From assembly GCA_043745805.1 (NCBI GenBank), contig JAYTSD010000037.1, positions 1 to 64,000 on the forward strand: DNA of 64,000 nt. Reading direction: 5' to 3'. A program made the translations under genes and the position numbers. Shown one piece after another: positions 59,564 through 64,000 of the stretch. The first letter of the stretch is position 1; each line of letters begins with the position of its first letter. The notes under the pieces are model-generated. The model made no database searches and was not told where the DNA came from. It saw only the letters and a list, made by a program, of their open reading frames with translations. This DNA is from Fibrobacteria bacterium (lineage in GTDB: Bacteria; Fibrobacterota; Fibrobacteria; UBA11236).

Positions 59564-61972
59564 TTATTTGGATTGCAGGAGGTAAATACCTTTTGCAATA
59601 TCCTTTTTGCTTTCGCTCTGTGAAGGTTGAGCCGACAAAATTTTTCGTCCACCCATATCATAAACCGTCAGTGTTTTTGTGCGATTCCAATCTTTAGAAA
59701 TGTTGCCGCCCCAAAAACCAATTTCCACATTGTTTTTATTTTTCAATAATTTGTTACGTGGCAGTATAGAAATGCCTTTAATTGGGCCAGTTTTGGTGAC
59801 CTGTGCTTTGGCAGGAACATCCATACTGAATCCATCATTGAAGGTTACTGTAACCGGTGCGCTACTTGGATTATACGCCGTATAACTACGCACGGCAGCC
59901 TTATCAAAAACGGCATAGCTAGGAATACTAGCCGTTACTTGGGTATTTAATAATCCAACCGCTTGCAGGCTTTTTAAGAGATAATAAGTATGCGCTGGAG
60001 TTTCACCGGCTTCAGGATTTGTTCCTGTACCATAATTAGCCACTGCTTTGTCGGGATCGGCAAAGGCAAGGTATTCATAATAAATATCCTTCCAAGAGCC
60101 TCCTGGGAAACCTTCTTCATAGTTGGGTAGGATATGATCGGGACGACGGCCTATATATAATGATCCTGCGGCAATGGGAAAGAAATTAATGGCTTGAATT
60201 TGACTGGGGTTATTAGAAAACCAAGTCGCATAAGTACCCCCATTACTCCACACCATACCCACAGATTGATGCGTGAAGGCGGCTGGGAATACTTGTTTAT
60301 CCACATCCCACCAATATTGTTCAATGGCGCGCGTTTCATTCACATACATGAATATGCCCATGTCACGTAACATTTTATTACCCGTATTCATGCCATATAA
60401 TATAAGTGCGGCATTAAAATTCATGGACTCGGAAGAGGACTCTTGATTATTTCCATCATTTTCAAAACCAATACCATCCGCCCAACCATGTCCTTCATAG
60501 GCGTCGAAATATTTAAAGCGTGCGAACATGGGATCATTATCATCCCAGCTATTAACATCACGGATTAGCATTTCCACCATACCGCCCCAATTACTCGTCT
60601 TCACCCAATCGGGATCCCAAGCTGCAATGGTGGCTGCGGCCATCAGAAAATACCCATAATGAAAATGATGATCCGCCAAGCGATCATCGGAATGAAAAGA
60701 AGCCGGGTAGCCAATTAAAGTGCTAAAACCTTTGTAGAAATAAAGTTGTTGATTGCCGCCAGTAGTGAACCAGCTTTCCAATCCTTTTTCTAAGGCTTTT
60801 ACTAATTCGGTTCGTTTAGCGGTATTTCCTCTCCCTTCTAAAATGGGAATAAGCGCCGCTAATCTTCCAAATGATTTGCCACCACTGTAGGAGTCGCCGT
60901 CTCCAGCAGAAGTAGGAATTTGACTTAATAATTTATCGAGTTGTGTGGGATCGGCGCCTACATTTGGTAAAGCGGGGAGAATGCCATTAAAAGCCATGGT
61001 AGTAGAAAAAGAAGTTCCCGTAGCCACTTTCATTTCACCACGTGCGCTTTTGTAGGTGTAATTGGTAAGCGGGGTGCTTGCAGCCATCCATTGATGCCGT
61101 AACAAAGCAAATACAGTACCTTGCTCGGTACCTTCCTTAACCTCGGTAATTACCGAATAGTTAGAAACCAAATTGGCGGTTGCTTCCACATAACCCCAAG
61201 TGACAACGGTTTTTTTCACAAAGGAATAAGCATATTTTTTATAGAATTCTAATGCAGCGGGAGTGCCTTCGGGCAAAGCGGCGATGGATAAATAATCTTT
61301 ACCTGCTAAGGAAGAGCTGAGCGTGGTGGTTCCAGTCCAAGTCGATCCCGTAGGTGCGAAAATGCCAAAGGCTTTTCCACCAATGCTCACGCCGATAACA
61401 TTTCCTTGATTGGCAAATTGTGTAGCTCCGGCGCCAAGAGTGATAACTGCGTTTCCGCCGGTAACCTTGAAGTAAACAAAGGGTAAGCCATGACCAAAGG
61501 TTGCCTCCAGTGTTTTTCCTGCCCCTTGCCAGCGCGAGGTAACCGAAAAATGCGAATACGAAGCCACGCGCGCGGCGTCAGCTGTTAAACCTTCTATGCC
61601 CACGGTGACATTCGCATTGTGTAAGGCGGCGAATCCGTTTGCCGTTGCATAGCCTGGTACTCCAGGATAACCTATTTCTAATCCCTTAGCGGAAGCTCTC
61701 ATAGAAAGAGGGTGAGAAAACATATTTCCAGAAAATTGTGAAGTCATCAAAGTGCTCCACCAATTTGGCGAGGTAATGGGCTGAGTGAAATCGGGGGTGA
61801 CCCAAGCTTTTTCACCAGGCACTTTGGTGCCATCAGCGGTTAAATAATTTCCCAAACCTACTGTTGTTTGACCGAAGGAGTGGATTGTAAAAAAAGAGCT
61901 TAAAAGTAAAGCAAGTGCCATTGTGCTTTTGAACCCAGCACTCATTTTTTCCTGAGGGTTTTTATTTTTCAC
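59564..61972 (-). CDS. Secreted GH81 endo-beta-1,3-glucanase with a C-terminal sorting-like domain
   Basis: DHHFHYGY, FDAYEGHGWA, NQESSSE catalytic motif. GTG start at 61972 after AAAGGAG. C-terminal VYDMGGR..GIY. Confidence 0.88.
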   Translation of the reverse strand: MKNKNPQEKMSAGFKSTMALALLLSSFFTIHSFGQTTVGLGNYLTADGTKVPGEKAWVTPDFTQPITSPNWWSTLMTSQFSGNMFSHPLSMRASAKGLEIGYPGVPGYATANGFAALHNANVTVGIEGLTADAARVASYSHFSVTSRWQGAGKTLEATFGHGLPFVYFKVTGGNAVITLGAGATQFANQGNVIGVSIGGKAFGIFAPTGSTWTGTTTLSSSLAGKDYLSIAALPEGTPAALEFYKKYAYSFVKKTVVTWGYVEATANLVSNYSVITEVKEGTEQGTVFALLRHQWMAASTPLTNYTYKSARGEMKVATGTSFSTTMAFNGILPALPNVGADPTQLDKLLSQIPTSAGDGDSYSGGKSFGRLAALIPILEGRGNTAKRTELVKALEKGLESWFTTGGNQQLYFYKGFSTLIGYPASFHSDDRLADHHFHYGYFLMAAATIAAWDPDWVKTSNWGGMVEMLIRDVNSWDDNDPMFARFKYFDAYEGHGWADGIGFENDGNNQESSSESMNFNAALILYGMNTGNKMLRDMGIFMYVNETRAIEQYWWDVDKQVFPAAFTHQSVGMVWSNGGTYATWFSNNPSQIQAINFFPIAAGSLYIGRRPDHILPNYEEGFPGGSWKDIYYEYLAFADPDKAVANYGTGTNPEAGETPAHTYYLLKSLQAVGLLNTQVTASIPSYAVFDKAAVRSYTAYNPSSAPVTVTFNDGFSMDVPAKAQVTKTGPIKGISILPRNKLLKNKNNVEIGFWGGNISKDWNRTKTLTVYDMGGRKILSAQPSQSESKKDIAKGIYLLQSK

Positions 61973-62622
61973 TGCTAATCTCCTTTGCCCGCAATATACC
62001 ACACGATATTTTTTTGTGCTTGAGGAATATATTTTTGAGGGTAAAATAATCATCAAGAATGTTTTTTAGCATCCGTATTTCAGGATGTTTTCGTAAATCA
62101 CATCAGTCATAGATTCATAGTATAGGGTGGAATGTTAAGAAGAAAAGCAGGTTTTTTATTATTGATCAAAGATAATGCTGAGACATTAAAATTTCGCCAA
62201 TCGAGAGGATATGGAATAATGTATTTGCAAGTTACTTGTAAAATTTAGGCCTATATAATCACAAAAAAATTTTAACTCTGCCCCAAAGGAGTTACCTGTC
62301 TATAAACCATCGAGCCAAAGCTTCATGTCTTTTGTTTGAGAATAATGCCCGGCAAAAAAATGTTCCATAACAATTTTTGTTTATCTTACCAGTATAAAAC
62401 ATGGAAATTCTAATTAAAAAACGATGTTTTTCTTTTTTTTAACAAGATTTTTTTTTAAAAGCGGATTAGATTGGGGCTTCTAGGGGGATAAGTTATTTAA
62501 GTCGTAATTTTCACTGATTTTTATTGTCAGGTAAAAAATAGATCGGTAGTCTGCTTCCCTATCAATTTTTTCAATTATTTAGGTTTAACCTTTTGGAAAT
62601 TTGTTCAAAGGTGGGTGTTCGA

Positions 62623-63972
62623 ATGTCAAAAGCCAAATTGTTGCGATTAGTCGCACTTGGTTTGCTAATAGCGTGTCCCAAAATGATTTTTTCATCAGGC
62701 ATTGAGCGCGATCCATTAAAAGCCACGGCAATTTTTGATAATGGCCAATTCGACGCGGAAGGATTTCAACAACGGGATATTCAGGGGATTCAAAGAACAA
62801 TTGTAAGCATGTTCCAATCGGTTACCATTGAAGAAAGATTGCGGTTAACAGTCGGGATTGGTGGCTTATTCTATTATCCTTGGCCTACAGAAAATATCCC
62901 TCACAAAAGAACCAGAAAATTTGCGACCGGAATTCGTGAAGCCGATGCTGTTGAACTATTAGGAGACATTTCTGACCCTTGGGGTAAACTTCAATTTGGC
63001 GCTTTTCCTTTCAAATACAATCCTGATGCCGCAAATTTGGGAGAGTATATGTATCGGTCGGGAGCTTATCCCAATTATATACAAACCGGCGGCGGTACTA
63101 TTACCGATGGTGGTGGGAGTATAATCAATTCCGCGCAAGTGCTAAATCAAGGCATAAATTTTGAGGTGAATACTTTTTCAATTAAGCATAATTTTTTGTT
63201 CACACTTGAGAGTTCGATCGAGCCAATTCACGATATAACAGCGGCTTATTTTTTCTCTTTTAAATTCCGCAATATTTTCGAAATCGGGGGCGGGAGTTTA
63301 TGGGGACATCTTATATCAAGTCGATCTTCTTATACTACACCGACAGGTCCAACAGTTATTGATCCTGGACGGAAACCATTAAATCGATATCAAGGCGATA
63401 GTGTGGTTTTTAGCGATACGGTGAAAAATTACTCCAACTATACTTTTAAAAACACAAAATTAATGGGTCGAGTTGCATTAAATCTTCGTGGAATATTTGA
63501 TTCCGAATTAATGGGTGCGGATGAAGGCAAAATATATGGAGAAGTTGCAGTATTAGGAATAAAGAATTATCCATTTTATTACACCAATGTATTTAGTCGT
63601 ACACCATTTATGTTTGGGTTCAATCTCCCCACTTTCAAATTGCTGGATAGATTGGCTATAGAGGGCGAATATCATCACTTGCAATTTGCAGATGATTTTG
63701 AAGAAGCTTATTCAAACGGTTTGCCGTTACCCCCATTGCCGCAGGGTGTATATGCTGAGGCCGTAGCCGCTCATAAAGACCCTTCTGAAAACCAAAGATG
63801 GAAATGGTCTATTTATGCTAAAAAAACCATTATGCCGGGTTTTGTTACCTATTTGCAAGTTGCCAGCGATCATATGCGCGGAATCAATTATGACAAGGCG
63901 CCGCAACCTGATTTAATTACCAAACAACCCAGCGATTGGTATTTCCTTTTCCGTATTGAGCTTGGCATTTAA
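62623..63972 (+). CDS. Putative outer-membrane beta-barrel protein
   Basis: Signal peptide; G.FPFKYNPDA.NLGEY..RSG.YP; terminal strand WYFLFRIELGI. Resembles a paralog family typical of Fibrobacterota (from recall, unverified). Confidence 0.65.
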   Translation: MSKAKLLRLVALGLLIACPKMIFSSGIERDPLKATAIFDNGQFDAEGFQQRDIQGIQRTIVSMFQSVTIEERLRLTVGIGGLFYYPWPTENIPHKRTRKFATGIREADAVELLGDISDPWGKLQFGAFPFKYNPDAANLGEYMYRSGAYPNYIQTGGGTITDGGGSIINSAQVLNQGINFEVNTFSIKHNFLFTLESSIEPIHDITAAYFFSFKFRNIFEIGGGSLWGHLISSRSSYTTPTGPTVIDPGRKPLNRYQGDSVVFSDTVKNYSNYTFKNTKLMGRVALNLRGIFDSELMGADEGKIYGEVAVLGIKNYPFYYTNVFSRTPFMFGFNLPTFKLLDRLAIEGEYHHLQFADDFEEAYSNGLPLPPLPQGVYAEAVAAHKDPSENQRWKWSIYAKKTIMPGFVTYLQVASDHMRGINYDKAPQPDLITKQPSDWYFLFRIELGI

Positions 63973-64000
63973 TCCAAAATAGGATGGATATGAAAATGAT

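Noticed and set aside
585-62800. Numerous short antisense ORFs within rpoBC, ppk1, vgrG, the sugar cluster and other genes
   Set aside because: Shadow frames of well-supported genes, with no independent coding signal.
1-64000. CRISPR array or cas genes
   Set aside because: No regularly spaced direct repeats and no Cas motifs seen; the DNA repeats at 19.7-20.8 kb are protein-domain repeats.

Overview
Bacterial chromosome segment, AT-rich core. The host is probably Fibrobacterota/FCB group; this is inferred from the T9SS-like C-terminal tails and the last outer-membrane protein, not proven. 1-12.2 kb is the conserved tuf(3' end)-tRNA-Trp-secE-nusG-rplKAJL-rpoBC-rpsLG cluster, which ends at a terminator with no fusA after it. 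12.3-23.1 kb is an accessory island bracketed by IS3-family end sequences. Its left part (12.6-15.9 kb) is a patchwork of small genes and deleted remnants. Its right part (15.95-22.5 kb) is an intact envelope redox/metal module: a beta-barrel, a tri-heme cytochrome c lipoprotein, a DUF5777-like barrel, a Tat-exported Rieske lipoprotein, a lipoprotein with five His-rich repeats, and an ECF sigma/anti-sigma pair. Three copies of an ECF-type promoter motif (CC[AG]ATCCG-N14-[CG]CGTAT) lie ahead of its three predicted transcription units. This module is the best candidate for an undescribed system. 23-64 kb holds ppk1/ppx, a stand-alone helicase-associated-repeat protein, glycosyltransferases, an orphan vgrG with a CRP-type box, aguBA (aguA apparently starting at ATA), an uncharacterised sugar-acid catabolic cluster ending in eda/kdgK, a 1-Cys peroxiredoxin, htpX, a TerC protein, a secreted LRR protein, larB, an HD-GYP protein, rfbB, vapBC, fmt-rsmB, slyD, a GH81 glucanase and an outer-membrane protein. 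All family calls come from motif recognition by eye; no database searches were run.
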